NCBI GenBank assembly: GCA_016188775.1
Contig: JACPHC010000010.1
Coordinates: forward strand, 31,333 to 95,332
DNA length: 64,000 bases
Reading direction: 5' to 3'
Source of the DNA: Parcubacteria group bacterium
Lineage (GTDB): Bacteria > Patescibacteriota > Minisyncoccia > JACPHC01
Shown here: one piece after another, positions 19,677-29,249 of the stretch
Layout: each line of letters begins with the position of its first letter
Position numbering within the stretch: the first letter of the stretch is position 1
Program-made: the position numbers and the translations under genes
The notes under the pieces: generated by a model
Database searches by the model: none
What the model saw: the letters and a program-made list of their open reading frames with translations, nothing else
What the model was told of the DNA's origin: nothing

Positions 19677-19716
19677 TTTTTAGCACTTAATCGCGATAGC
19701 AAGTAAGTGCTAAAAA
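19677..19716 (-). repeat. Right hairpin/inverted repeat flanking the PaaX-like gene
   Basis: TTTTTAGCACTTA-atcgcgatagcaag-TAAGTGCTAAAAA. Confidence 0.85.
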
Positions 19717-19790
19717 TAGTTAATTTAGCTAGTAAAGATAATTAAACTAATACTTGATTTTATTTAATTAAATTTTTAATCTTGTCTAAT

Positions 19791-21206
19791 ATGTCTAAAT
19801 CTCGGATTTTTTTAATTTGGCTTCTTTGTTTTATTGCCGGAATTTTTTTCGCTTCTTATATCAGTTGGCCGAAATTATTTTTAATATTTTTATCCATTGT
19901 CTCTTCGGCGGTTATTCTGGTTTTTAGAAAAGAAAAAATTATTTTTATTTTTGCGGGCGGAATTTTGATTTTTAGCCTCGGATTTTTAAGAATCGCGGGA
20001 ATCGCGGAGAAAAAATCGACGCTTGATCAATATTTAGATAAAAAAATTATTAGCCGAGGAATAGTAATGGCCGAGCCAAAAACAAAAGGAGAATCAACCA
20101 GTTTTCTTTTGGAAATTAGGGGAGAAAAAATTCAAATCAGAACCCGAAATTATCCGATTATCAATTATGGCGACGAATTAGAAGTTCAGGGCCAGCTTAA
20201 ATCGGTTCAAAATTCCGCTATCCGCTACGCTCTCAATTGGCCCAAAATTGAAATTCAAAAAAAAGATCAAGGGAATTTTTTCAAATCCAGTCTTTTTAAA
20301 TTAAAAGAAAAATTCAGCCAAAATATTTCTCAAAATATGCCCGAACCCGAAGCCTCGCTGCTGGCCGGCTATATTTTCGGCTCCCGAAATCTTCCTTCGG
20401 ATGTCGAGCAAAATTTTAAAACCCTCGGCCTTTCCCATATCGTCGCGGTTTCCGGTTTTAATTTAAGCGTTATCGCGCTTTTTATCAGTCAAATTTTTAC
20501 TTATTTTAATTGGCCTCGTTTTTTGAAATTTTGGAGCGCCGTTTCCATTATTTTTCTTTTTGTTTTAATGATCGGTTTTCCGTCTTCGGCCATGCGGGCC
20601 GCGATTATGGCTATTTTAGTTTTAGTGGCGGAAAAAGAAGGCCGCTTGTACGAATCCGCTCATGCCATAATTTTTGCCGGCGCTCTGATGCTTTTATTGG
20701 ATCCTTTAATTTTGCGTTTTGACCTGGGGTTTTCTTTGTCGTTCTTAGCGACTTTGGGGCTGATTTTTCTCTCGCCGATTTTACCGAAATATCTGCCTCA
20801 ACTCGTTTCCCAGACTTTGGCCGCCCAAATTTTTGTTTTACCGGTTCTGCTTTTAAATTTCGGCGTCGTCTCTCCCTACAGTTTATTGGTTAATTTTTTG
20901 ATTTTGCCCTTGGTGCCTCTGGCCATGCTTTTAGGATTTTTAGCCGGCCTGACTGGTTTTATTTTTCAAATTTTGGCCGAAATTATCAGTTGGCTGGCTT
21001 GGCCGATTTTATTTTATCAAATTAAAATCGCTCAATTTTTTTCTTTTTTCCCTTACGCCAAGATTAATTTCGGAAAAATCAGTTTGATTTTCGCCTTTAT
21101 TTATTACGCGGCGATTGGATTTATTATTTTTAAAAATAGAAATAAAGTACCCACTTCCACTTGCGGCGCTGATGTTTTGTTGGGGCATAATAAGCAGGTA
21201 TCCTAA
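19791..21206 (+). CDS. comEC: ComEC/Rec2 competence protein, membrane domain
   Basis: GLSHIVAVSGFN, SAMRAAIM, DLGFSLSFLATLG; many TM helices; C-terminal tail runs into a family C element. Confidence 0.92.
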   Translation: MSKSRIFLIWLLCFIAGIFFASYISWPKLFLIFLSIVSSAVILVFRKEKIIFIFAGGILIFSLGFLRIAGIAEKKSTLDQYLDKKIISRGIVMAEPKTKGESTSFLLEIRGEKIQIRTRNYPIINYGDELEVQGQLKSVQNSAIRYALNWPKIEIQKKDQGNFFKSSLFKLKEKFSQNISQNMPEPEASLLAGYIFGSRNLPSDVEQNFKTLGLSHIVAVSGFNLSVIALFISQIFTYFNWPRFLKFWSAVSIIFLFVLMIGFPSSAMRAAIMAILVLVAEKEGRLYESAHAIIFAGALMLLLDPLILRFDLGFSLSFLATLGLIFLSPILPKYLPQLVSQTLAAQIFVLPVLLLNFGVVSPYSLLVNFLILPLVPLAMLLGFLAGLTGFIFQILAEIISWLAWPILFYQIKIAQFFSFFPYAKINFGKISLIFAFIYYAAIGFIIFKNRNKVPTSTCGADVLLGHNKQVS

Positions 21207-21281
21207 AAAATTTTTGAGGTCGAGGCTCTTTAATGAAATTATATAATCCGCCGAGGGGACCTAAAAATTTTTAGGATACCT
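21196..21281 (+). repeat. Palindromic element family C, copy 2
   Basis: AGGTATCCTAAAAA...core...TTTTTAGGATACCT; supplies the comEC stop codon. Confidence 0.9.
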
Positions 21282-21362
21282 ACGAAATTAGAAAAGATAA
21301 AGGCGATTTAAAAAATCTATTTCCGAAGCCTTGCTATAAAGTATTCGGCGAATACGTAAAAA

Positions 21363-22259
21363 ATGCTTAAGAAAATTATTAAAAATAAAAAAGGTTTAAT
21401 TTTCGGCTTTTTCGGGTTTTTAATTTTAGCCAATTTTTTAATCTGGACTTCGGTTTTCAGTAAAGCCGAGAGCCGATTTTTGCGCGTTTATTTTTTTGAC
21501 GTCGGCCAGGGAGACGCGATTTTTATTGAAACTCCGGGAAACAATCAAATTCTCATTGATGGCGGGCCGACCGATAGAATTATGGAAAAATTAGGCCGAA
21601 CTATGCCATTTTACGACCATTCAATAGATTTGATTATTTTGACTCATCCGCACGCGGATCACGTCAGCGGCCTGATTAATGTTTTAAAAAATTATGAAGT
21701 CAAAATGATTTTAATGAGCGATGTCAGCTATAACACGGCCGAATATCAGGAATTTTTAAGGCTGGTTAAAGAGAAAAATATTCCGGTTATTTTTGCCGAA
21801 CCGATGCGTTGGCGCTTGTCCAGCGGCGTTATTTTAGATATCTTAAACCCAGCGCAAGATTTGCAAGGAATTAGTTTAAAAAATGTTCATGACGGGGCGG
21901 TGGTCGGTCAATTAAAATACGGCCGAAATATTTTTCTTTTGACTTCGGATATTGAAGAAAATATAGAAAAACAACTTGTTCTGGCTTATGGCGATTCCTT
22001 GAATTCCGATATTTTAAAAGTCGGACATCACGGATCGAAAACTTCATCCTCTCCGGAATTTTTGAAAACAGTTTCTCCAAAAATTTCAGTAATTTCGACT
22101 GGCCGGAAAAACCGTTACGGCCATCCGCATCAAATAACGCTTGATCGTTTGCGAGAAATTGGCAGCCAAATTTTTCGCGCTGATCTGGACGGAGATATTG
22201 AGATTAAAAGCAACGGTGATATAATGGAAATAGATCTGTCGCGTAATAATTTTCGGTAG
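21363..22259 (+). CDS. ComEC-associated metallo-beta-lactamase-fold nuclease
   Basis: FDVGQGDA, LIDGG, THPHADH, KVGHHGS, NRYGHPH. Confidence 0.93.
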   Translation: MLKKIIKNKKGLIFGFFGFLILANFLIWTSVFSKAESRFLRVYFFDVGQGDAIFIETPGNNQILIDGGPTDRIMEKLGRTMPFYDHSIDLIILTHPHADHVSGLINVLKNYEVKMILMSDVSYNTAEYQEFLRLVKEKNIPVIFAEPMRWRLSSGVILDILNPAQDLQGISLKNVHDGAVVGQLKYGRNIFLLTSDIEENIEKQLVLAYGDSLNSDILKVGHHGSKTSSSPEFLKTVSPKISVISTGRKNRYGHPHQITLDRLREIGSQIFRADLDGDIEIKSNGDIMEIDLSRNNFR

Positions 22260-22283
22260 AAAGGTTATTACGCGACAGATCTA
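22231..22283. repeat. 53-bp palindromic element with TAGA...TCTA ends
   Basis: 19-bp perfect IR TAGATCTGTCGCGTAATAA / TTATTACGCGACAGATCTA; contains the upstream gene's stop codon. Confidence 0.88.
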
Positions 22284-22307
22284 AGAATTAAATGAAATAG
22301 AAATAAA

Positions 22308-22775
22308 ATGAAAGAACGAACCTTGATTATAATTAAACCCGACGCTCTCCAAAGAAATCTTTTGGGCGAGATTATTTCCCGTTTTGAGAAAAAAGGGTTA
22401 AAAATTATCGGTTTTAAAATGATGGAATTGGGCGACGTTCTTTTGGAAGAACATTACGCTCATCATAAAGATAAAAGTTTTTTTGCCGGTTTGAAACGTT
22501 TTATGAAAAGTTCGCCGGTGATTTTGACGGTTCTTGAGGGCCCGAATATCATCAAAAGCGTTAGATTGATAGTCGGTCCGACTCGGGGATACGAGGCTGA
22601 CGCCGGAAGCATTCGGGGAGATTTTTCAATGAGCGCCCAATACAATATCGTTCACGCTTCGGATTCCCTAGAAAACGCCGAAATAGAAATCAGAAGATTT
22701 TTTGCCCCGGGAGAGCTTTTCGATTATCCCAAAGTTGATTTTGAATGGATTTATTCGGAGGAAGAGATTAAATAA
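22308..22775 (+). CDS. ndk: Nucleoside diphosphate kinase
   Basis: ERTLIIIKPD, GSIRGDF, NIVHASDS. Confidence 0.96.
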   Translation: MKERTLIIIKPDALQRNLLGEIISRFEKKGLKIIGFKMMELGDVLLEEHYAHHKDKSFFAGLKRFMKSSPVILTVLEGPNIIKSVRLIVGPTRGYEADAGSIRGDFSMSAQYNIVHASDSLENAEIEIRRFFAPGELFDYPKVDFEWIYSEEEIK

Positions 22776-22782
22776 TGTCGGA

Positions 22783-23523
22783 TCAGGGTTTAATAAGAGT
22801 ATAGAGTTCGTCGTAGAGTCGGTAAAAATCTGGAGAGCGTTTGTTTCTGGGCCGAGGAAGCGAATTTTCAATGATTTTTTCAATGCGTCCGGGCAGAGGA
22901 GTCAGAACCGCGATACGGTCGGCCAACTCCAAGGCCTCTTCAATATTGTGACTGACCATGACGATGGTCATTTTTCTTTCATTCCATATCTTCAGCAGAT
23001 CCTGCCGCAATTCTTCGGCAGTAAAGGAATCCAATTCGGAAAAAGGCTCATCCATAAAAATAATCTTGGGATTGGTGCAAAGCGCGCGAGCCAGACCGAC
23101 GCGTTGCCTCATTCCTCCGGAAAGTTCTCGGGGAAAAGCTTGAGAAAATTTTTCCAGCTTGAAAAGTTTAAGTTCTTCGCTGACTCGTTTATTCCGGTCG
23201 GCCGAAGAAAGATTTCGACTCATCAGTCCCAGTCCTATATTTTCTCGCACGGTCAGCCAGGGAAGAAGCGCGAATTGCTGGAACACAAAGCTGAAATCAG
23301 ATTTGGCGATTTCGCCGGATAGGCTAAGATTTCCTTCATAGGATTTTTCCAGTCCGCTCATAACGCGCAGAAGCGTTGATTTGCCGGCGCCCGAAGGTCC
23401 GAGAAAAATAAAAAATTCCCCGAGCCGGATTTCCAGGGATATGTTTTTTAGCGCGACGAGAGTTTCCCCGGGTTTTTCTTGAAAGGATTTGGAAATATTT
23501 TTTAATTCAAGAGCGGTATTCAT
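22783..23523 (-). CDS. ABC transporter ATP-binding protein, nitrate/sulfonate/taurine family
   Basis: GPSGAGKST, LLPWLTV, LSGGMRQR, MDEPFS. Confidence 0.92.
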   Translation of the reverse strand: MNTALELKNISKSFQEKPGETLVALKNISLEIRLGEFFIFLGPSGAGKSTLLRVMSGLEKSYEGNLSLSGEIAKSDFSFVFQQFALLPWLTVRENIGLGLMSRNLSSADRNKRVSEELKLFKLEKFSQAFPRELSGGMRQRVGLARALCTNPKIIFMDEPFSELDSFTAEELRQDLLKIWNERKMTIVMVSHNIEEALELADRIAVLTPLPGRIEKIIENSLPRPRNKRSPDFYRLYDELYTLIKP

Positions 23524-23526
23524 ATT

Positions 23527-24255
23527 TTATTCTTCCATTTTGTGATGGCTCCATTCCAACAGCGGAAGCCAGATTAATTTATTAACGCTGAAAATAAAAA
23601 TAAGGAATCCGAAAATTCCCAGAGCGGTAATAGGGATGTTGCGCGAAAAAGTTTCAAAAAAGCCGCCGAGGCCCGATTTTACGCCGGTAATAATTTCCGT
23701 CGCGACCAGCGCTTCCCATCCTTCGCCGAGCCCGATAATGGAGCCAGTGATAAGGCCGGGCATCGTTATCGGCAGAAGGAAAATTTTTAAATAATTGAAA
23801 CCCGAAAGGCCTGCTATTTCCGCTACCTCTTGCCAGTCGCGCTTAATCAGTTTTAATGAGCTGATGATTGAGAAAAAAATCGGCCAAATGACGGTAATAA
23901 TAAGGAAAAAAATAACCACGAAATTAGAATGTCCCCACAGAAAAACCGCCATTGGCAAAGCGGCGAAAGTGGGGAAACTCTGGAGCACGTCAAAAATTGG
24001 CAAAGCGATGACGGCTCTTTTCCCGTGATAAAATAAAACCGCGGAGAGCCAACCAATTATCGCGGCCAGGCCATAGGCCGCGGCCAGCCGTCCGGCCGAG
24101 ATGAAAAGATCGCTAAATAATTTTCCGGTCGTTATATGCGCCAATCGAGAAAACACGAGAAGAAACAAAAACGGCACAACGATAAAAAGTAAAGTAACGA
24201 GGATATGCGTTCTTGATTGGTAGATTTTAGCCCGTTTTGTTCGGCGAGAAATCAT
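23527..24255 (-). CDS. ABC transporter permease, NitT/TauT family
   Basis: Six TM helices, EAA-like loop (EVAEIAG), W..LVATE. Confidence 0.85.
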   Translation of the reverse strand: MISRRTKRAKIYQSRTHILVTLLFIVVPFLFLLVFSRLAHITTGKLFSDLFISAGRLAAAYGLAAIIGWLSAVLFYHGKRAVIALPIFDVLQSFPTFAALPMAVFLWGHSNFVVIFFLIITVIWPIFFSIISSLKLIKRDWQEVAEIAGLSGFNYLKIFLLPITMPGLITGSIIGLGEGWEALVATEIITGVKSGLGGFFETFSRNIPITALGIFGFLIFIFSVNKLIWLPLLEWSHHKMEE

Positions 24256-24297
24256 ACGGATATAATATAATTTTTTACCAGAAATAGCGAATGCCTC

Positions 24298-24326
24298 TTG
24301 CTTATCTTCCGGAGATTTTTTATACT
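24298..24326 (+). promoter_or_regulatory. Sigma70 promoter of the ncRNA
   Basis: TTGCTT-17 nt-TATACT; predicted start about 24333. Confidence 0.7.
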
Positions 24327-24332
24327 GATGCC

Positions 24333-24467
24333 AGCTTCACTCTAAGGAAGGTTTTAGGACATTCGAATCTCCAGGGAGGCCTATATCTTGTTGTTCCAGT
24401 TCTTTGGAACAGAACAACTTTGCGGCCACCCACTTGGATTTTTGCTAAAACCTCTTGAGAGTTAAGC
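24333..24467 (+). ncRNA. ssrS: Probable 6S RNA
   Basis: Long rod-like self-complementary fold with internal bubbles; GGGAGGCC...GGCCACCCACTTG motif as in Bacillus-type 6S RNAs; own promoter and terminator. Confidence 0.72.
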
Positions 24468-24473
24468 GTATAA

Positions 24474-24500
24474 AAAAGTCCCGATTGCATCGGGGCTTTT
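24474..24500 (+). terminator. Intrinsic terminator after the ncRNA
   Basis: AAAAGTCCCGAT-tgc-ATCGGGGCTTTT. Confidence 0.75.
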
Positions 24501-24544
24501 TGCTGTTTTATATTTTTTAAAATTTTGTTAAAATAATCACACTT

Positions 24545-26992
24545 ATGTATCAATACCTTTTTTGGCATTACACCGGCGGCATCAAAGGATTTATTGAAAT
24601 TTGGGGCAATTTCATCGAGTTTTTTTGGAATTATTTTTCCATTAAATTGCTTTCCAAAACGCTTTTCGCTCATTGGCATCGGGATATTTCCAAAAGAGGC
24701 CGAGCTTTTCGTTTTGGAGATTTTTTCCAAACCTTGGCTTTTAACGTTCTTAGCCGAATTATCGGCGCCGTTGTTAGATTAGTTGTTATTTTTGTCGGCC
24801 TGTTTTTTGTCATTTTAGCGATGATACTCGGTTTTCTTTTTTTCATAGTCTGGCTGTTTTTACCCGTTTTTATCATCGGCTGTTTGATTCTGGCTTTTGT
24901 TTTATTAAAAAATAATAATGTTTTCGGCAGTTTATCGTTTTTTGTTTTCGCCGCCTTCGCCGCTTTTTTACCCTGGCGTTTTTATTTAATCGCCTCGGAA
25001 AAAACTCCTTCGGAGCTGACCGAAGAAGAAATTTTGAAATCTTCGTTATTTAATTTGATTTTGCAAAGAGCCGGTATTGATCCGAAAATCGTTGGAAAAA
25101 TAAACGCGGGGAATATTAAGGCGGTTTTGGAAGAACATAATATTGCCGAAGAAGATTTTAACGAGATTATAAGTTGGGTTTTTCGAGAATATTATAAAAA
25201 AAGAGAAGCGAGCCGATTTTGGACCAAAGAAAATTTGGCGCGTCGTCGCGGCCTTGGCAAAAATTGGGCTTACGGATACACGATTAATCTTGATAAATTT
25301 TCCAAAGACTTAGGCGAGTTCGGGGCGGGAAAATTGAAGACAGAGCTTATTGGCCGGGACGAAGACATAGAAATAATCGAGAGAATTCTTTCCCGGGCCG
25401 AGGAAAACAATATTTTGATGATTGGCGAGCCGGGCGCGGGAAGAAAAATGGTTATCCAGGGATTGGCTAATTTAGTTTATGAGGGTATGGTTTTGCCGCC
25501 GCTCAAACACAAAAGAATTTTGGAAATAAATCTTGAAGCGTTAATAGCCAGCGCCGGAGCCGACGGGAATCTCGAGAGTCAATTGGCGCTGGTATTCAAC
25601 GAAGCCGTTGGAGCCGGCAATATTATTTTAGTTATCAATGATTTTCATAATTTCGTGGGCGCGGCTTCCGGAGTCGGCAAAATGGATATTTCCAGTTTTT
25701 TGACGCCGTATCTTTCTTCAAAAAATATTCAGATTATCGGCATTACCGATTATAAAGGGCTTCACCGTAACATGGAGGCTAACCCCGGACTTTTGATGTA
25801 TTTTGAAAAAGTTGAAATCAAAGAACCGGATGAAAAAACTTCAATGCTTATTTTGGAAGATATAGTCGGCCGTTTTGAAAAAAGGAGCAATGTTTTGGTA
25901 ACTTATCCGGCCTTGAAAGAAATAGTCAAACAATCCGCTCGTTATTTAAGCGCCGTTCCTATGCCTGAGCGAGCCATTGATTTGTTGGATGAGTCTATGG
26001 TTTATGCCGCGACCAAAACGGACGACCGGTTTTTAAAAATTGAACATATAGATAAAATTCTTTCAGAGAAAACAAAAATACCAATCGGCGAAGTCGGCAA
26101 AAGCGAAAAAGAAAAATTATCTCAATTGGAAAAAATTTTGCATCAAAGAGTGATTGATCAAGAAGAGGCGATTGTGGCTATTTCTCGGGCGATGAGAAGA
26201 TCGCGTTTGGGCGTTGGGGAGACGAAAAAACCCATTGGGACTTTTCTTTTTCTCGGGCCGACCGGCGTTGGCAAGACCGAGACCGCCAAAGCCTTGAGCG
26301 AAGCTTATTTCGGTTCCGAAGAACGAATGGTCCGTTTTGATATGTCCGAATATCAAAATACCGCTGACATCGCTCGATTAATCGGCTCTCCGGAGGGCGA
26401 ACCCGGAGTTTTAACGACCCGAATCAAGGAAAATCCTTTTTCATTGGTTTTGCTCGATGAACTTGAAAAAGCGCACCCGAATATTTTAAATCTTTTTCTT
26501 CAAGTTTTGGATGAAGGATTTTTAACCGACGCTTGGGGCCGAAAGGTGAATTTTCGGAATACTATCATTATCGCCACTTCCAACGCCGGAGCGGAGTTTA
26601 TCAGGGAAATGATTGAGAAAAATATTAACCCGGTCAAAGAAAAAGAAAAATTAATGGACTTTTTGCAGATGAATTCTCTTTTTAAGCCGGAATTTTTGAA
26701 CCGTTTTGACGAGATTGTTATTTTTCACGCTCTATCAAAAGAAAATCTTGTCAAAATCGCGATTCTGCTTTTGCGAAATTTAGCCAAAAGATTGGCGGAA
26801 CAAAAAATTACTTTATCAATAACTCCGGCCTTGGCCGAACGGGTCGCCGAATTGGGCTATAGTCCGGAATACGGCGCCCGGCCAATGAAGCGAGTGATTC
26901 AGGATAGAGTGGAAGATTTGATTTCAAGAAAATTATTGGACGGATCGCTCAAAAAGGGCGACACTTTGGAAATAAAACCGGAGGAAATTTGA
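24545..26992 (+). CDS. ClpA/ClpB-family AAA+ ATPase with an N-terminal membrane domain
   Basis: About 145 aa hydrophobic N-terminus; degenerate first module (GEPGAGRK, INDFH); intact second module (GPTGVGKT, RFDMSEYQ, LLDELEKAH, GARPM). Confidence 0.9.
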   Translation: MYQYLFWHYTGGIKGFIEIWGNFIEFFWNYFSIKLLSKTLFAHWHRDISKRGRAFRFGDFFQTLAFNVLSRIIGAVVRLVVIFVGLFFVILAMILGFLFFIVWLFLPVFIIGCLILAFVLLKNNNVFGSLSFFVFAAFAAFLPWRFYLIASEKTPSELTEEEILKSSLFNLILQRAGIDPKIVGKINAGNIKAVLEEHNIAEEDFNEIISWVFREYYKKREASRFWTKENLARRRGLGKNWAYGYTINLDKFSKDLGEFGAGKLKTELIGRDEDIEIIERILSRAEENNILMIGEPGAGRKMVIQGLANLVYEGMVLPPLKHKRILEINLEALIASAGADGNLESQLALVFNEAVGAGNIILVINDFHNFVGAASGVGKMDISSFLTPYLSSKNIQIIGITDYKGLHRNMEANPGLLMYFEKVEIKEPDEKTSMLILEDIVGRFEKRSNVLVTYPALKEIVKQSARYLSAVPMPERAIDLLDESMVYAATKTDDRFLKIEHIDKILSEKTKIPIGEVGKSEKEKLSQLEKILHQRVIDQEEAIVAISRAMRRSRLGVGETKKPIGTFLFLGPTGVGKTETAKALSEAYFGSEERMVRFDMSEYQNTADIARLIGSPEGEPGVLTTRIKENPFSLVLLDELEKAHPNILNLFLQVLDEGFLTDAWGRKVNFRNTIIIATSNAGAEFIREMIEKNINPVKEKEKLMDFLQMNSLFKPEFLNRFDEIVIFHALSKENLVKIAILLLRNLAKRLAEQKITLSITPALAERVAELGYSPEYGARPMKRVIQDRVEDLISRKLLDGSLKKGDTLEIKPEEI

Positions 26993-27348
26993 TGGTCGCG
27001 ATTACTGAACGAAGCTCGAACCTTTTTCGAGCGAAAATCGCTCGAATGATTTGAAACCCCACCCCAGCGTTTCCGCCCGCCGAAACTCGGCGAGCAAAGC
27101 AAAACAATTTTCTTTTCAATTCTTTAATTTTTCGCGCGACCTTTTTTCTTTTAAAAGGAATTGAAAATTGTTTTGCTTTGATGTCTTGATACCAAGACGG
27201 CGGAAACTCTTCCCACCCCATTGCGCTTACGGCGCAGAACAGGCGGGCAAAAATTCCTTCCCCCCAACCCCCTTCCTTTTTGCCCGCCCGCTGGAAACTC
27301 CCAGCGGATTTTTCGGGCGGCGGGCCCTCAAATTGAGTGGTGGGTGGA

Positions 27349-28791
27349 TTATGTTGATTTTGGGATTAGGTTTTCCGCAACTTTCCTGCCAAGATATGAT
27401 AGCATTTTTCCTTCCTCTTCAAAACTTGTAGCGTCTGCCCAGATTAAATTCGCAATTTTTTGTCCCACCACGACTTCCCACGGTTTTGCGCTACCTATTA
27501 TGCCCATTAGATCATTTCGTACTTCTTTAATATCGTAATTTTTTCTATTGTACCCATCTTCTTTAAATCCGTTCATTACGAAAAAATGCGCATGTTGTGA
27601 ATTTGCTTTAAGCCAAGTTTCAATTCGTTGTTTTAATTCATCCCAAGTAACACTTAACGCCTCCAGAACATCATCAGAGAGCAAAAGATTTTCAGCGTTT
27701 CTACAAGATAATTTCATTCTGACTATCGGCAATAAATCGTCAATTGTTTCCTCGCCATCATCCCTATCTCTCAAAGAGTATCCTTTGGCGTTATCGTAAA
27801 CGGTCTGAACAATCTTTTGCGTCTCTTGTTCAAAGTCATTTATGTTACTAACACTATCAACCGAACAAGGGTATATCTTGATTTTGCCGCCGGCTGACCG
27901 GACAGCTTGTTGCCAAATTCGTTCGTCGTCTTCACCCTCAACTAATAAAATTGGAGCTTCATTAAAGAAATTTGATAGTGGATGCGCTCCAAACACCGGC
28001 AAAACTTTTTTATAAACTTCCGAGATAACTTTAAAATCTAATTCTTTTTGGTCATATACCATAAATGCCAAATGTGTATCGGCGTAGGATTCTAAGGCTC
28101 CCAAAATGGCGGTGCTATGAGTAGCAATTACTACTTGAAAGTTATTTTCAGCAACCAATCCTTTCAAGAAGTGCATCAACCGTACCTGTAAATCTGGGTG
28201 CAAATGCACGTCCGGCTCATCAAGAAATAAGATATTTCCTTTATCCGCCAAACATTCTTTACCAAAGATCAGGCACTCAATTCCCAAAGAAATAAGCTCA
28301 CTTTCGCCACTACTAATTGCGTTCGCGTCTAATTTATTCGTTGTTCCTTTTCGATATATCTCAAATGTCGTTTCGTGTCTTTTTATTTCGATATTGTCCA
28401 GCAAAGAGTTAATTTTATTGACGTAGATATCAAAGGTATAATCATTTTGTTGTCTTTTCTCTTTTTCAATTTCTCTCAAAACCAAGGTCTCAAGTTTACG
28501 ATATTGAGCAACGCTTTGCTGCCTAAATCCTGTTGCCTGATTTCGTCTTCTTTGGCCCGAAAGCCAATTTATATCATTTGTCAGACTTTGTTCAACCCCA
28601 GCCTCATAAATTAGCGCACCGCCTCTTTCCGGTGTGATATATTTCGTTTTGTCATAAGTTCCAGTTTGTGAGGAAAGACCTTGCTCAACCAGCCGAAGCA
28701 TTGTGCTCTTACCAGAGCCGTTCTTACCCAAAACGATATTTATTTTGTTTATGTTTTTTAGCGTATAACCGCTAACATTTGAAATATCCAT
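27349..28791 (-). CDS. ABC-type ATPase plus TOPRIM domain (OLD-like nuclease)
   Basis: GKNGSGKS, ISSGE, FLDEPDVHLHP, ATHS, then LLVEGEDD and RDRD. Confidence 0.8.
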   Translation of the reverse strand: MDISNVSGYTLKNINKINIVLGKNGSGKSTMLRLVEQGLSSQTGTYDKTKYITPERGGALIYEAGVEQSLTNDINWLSGQRRRNQATGFRQQSVAQYRKLETLVLREIEKEKRQQNDYTFDIYVNKINSLLDNIEIKRHETTFEIYRKGTTNKLDANAISSGESELISLGIECLIFGKECLADKGNILFLDEPDVHLHPDLQVRLMHFLKGLVAENNFQVVIATHSTAILGALESYADTHLAFMVYDQKELDFKVISEVYKKVLPVFGAHPLSNFFNEAPILLVEGEDDERIWQQAVRSAGGKIKIYPCSVDSVSNINDFEQETQKIVQTVYDNAKGYSLRDRDDGEETIDDLLPIVRMKLSCRNAENLLLSDDVLEALSVTWDELKQRIETWLKANSQHAHFFVMNGFKEDGYNRKNYDIKEVRNDLMGIIGSAKPWEVVVGQKIANLIWADATSFEEEGKMLSYLGRKVAENLIPKST

Positions 28792-28793
28792 AG

Positions 28794-29249
28794 TTATTTA
28801 ATAGCTTTAAGAATCTTATCAGTAACGATTTTGCTTTCAGACTTTATCTGATGCTCCCAAAATCGCAATACGATCCAACCATTTTTTCGCAGATAAGTCG
28901 TAGTTTTTCTGTCTCGTTTGCGATTGTTTTCTATCTTTTCCCGCCAAAAATCGTTCTTTAGCAAATGCTTCCAGCGTGGGCAATACCAACCGTGCCAGAA
29001 ATTACTATCAAGAAAAATACATACCTTATCTTTTTGAAAAACTATATCTGGTTTTCCCTTGATTGACACAACATTCGCTTGGAATTTTTTGTGAGTAGCT
29101 TTCCCCAAAGAAACTATGAATTCTCGCTCGAATTTTGTGTCTCTGGAACGGATTTTTGCCATTAATTCCGACCGCTTTTTTGTCGGGAGTAAGTCGTCGC
29201 TCCGTTCTTTTTTGAAGTTTCTATTTAGATAGTTTTTCGTCTTTTTCAT
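28794..29249 (-). CDS. vsr: Very short patch repair endonuclease
   Basis: RSELMAKIRSRDT, GKPDIV, FWHG, FWREKIENN..RD, LRFWEH. Confidence 0.93.
   Translation of the reverse strand: MKKTKNYLNRNFKKERSDDLLPTKKRSELMAKIRSRDTKFEREFIVSLGKATHKKFQANVVSIKGKPDIVFQKDKVCIFLDSNFWHGWYCPRWKHLLKNDFWREKIENNRKRDRKTTTYLRKNGWIVLRFWEHQIKSESKIVTDKILKAIK

Noticed and set aside
24320-24730. 136-aa minus-strand ORF
   Set aside because: It is antisense to the clp 5' end and the 6S-like RNA and has no motifs.
26949-27538. Short ORFs 26949-27221, 27168-27431 and 27221-27538 as genes
   Set aside because: They are low-complexity translations of a hairpin-rich non-coding tract, overlapping real genes.
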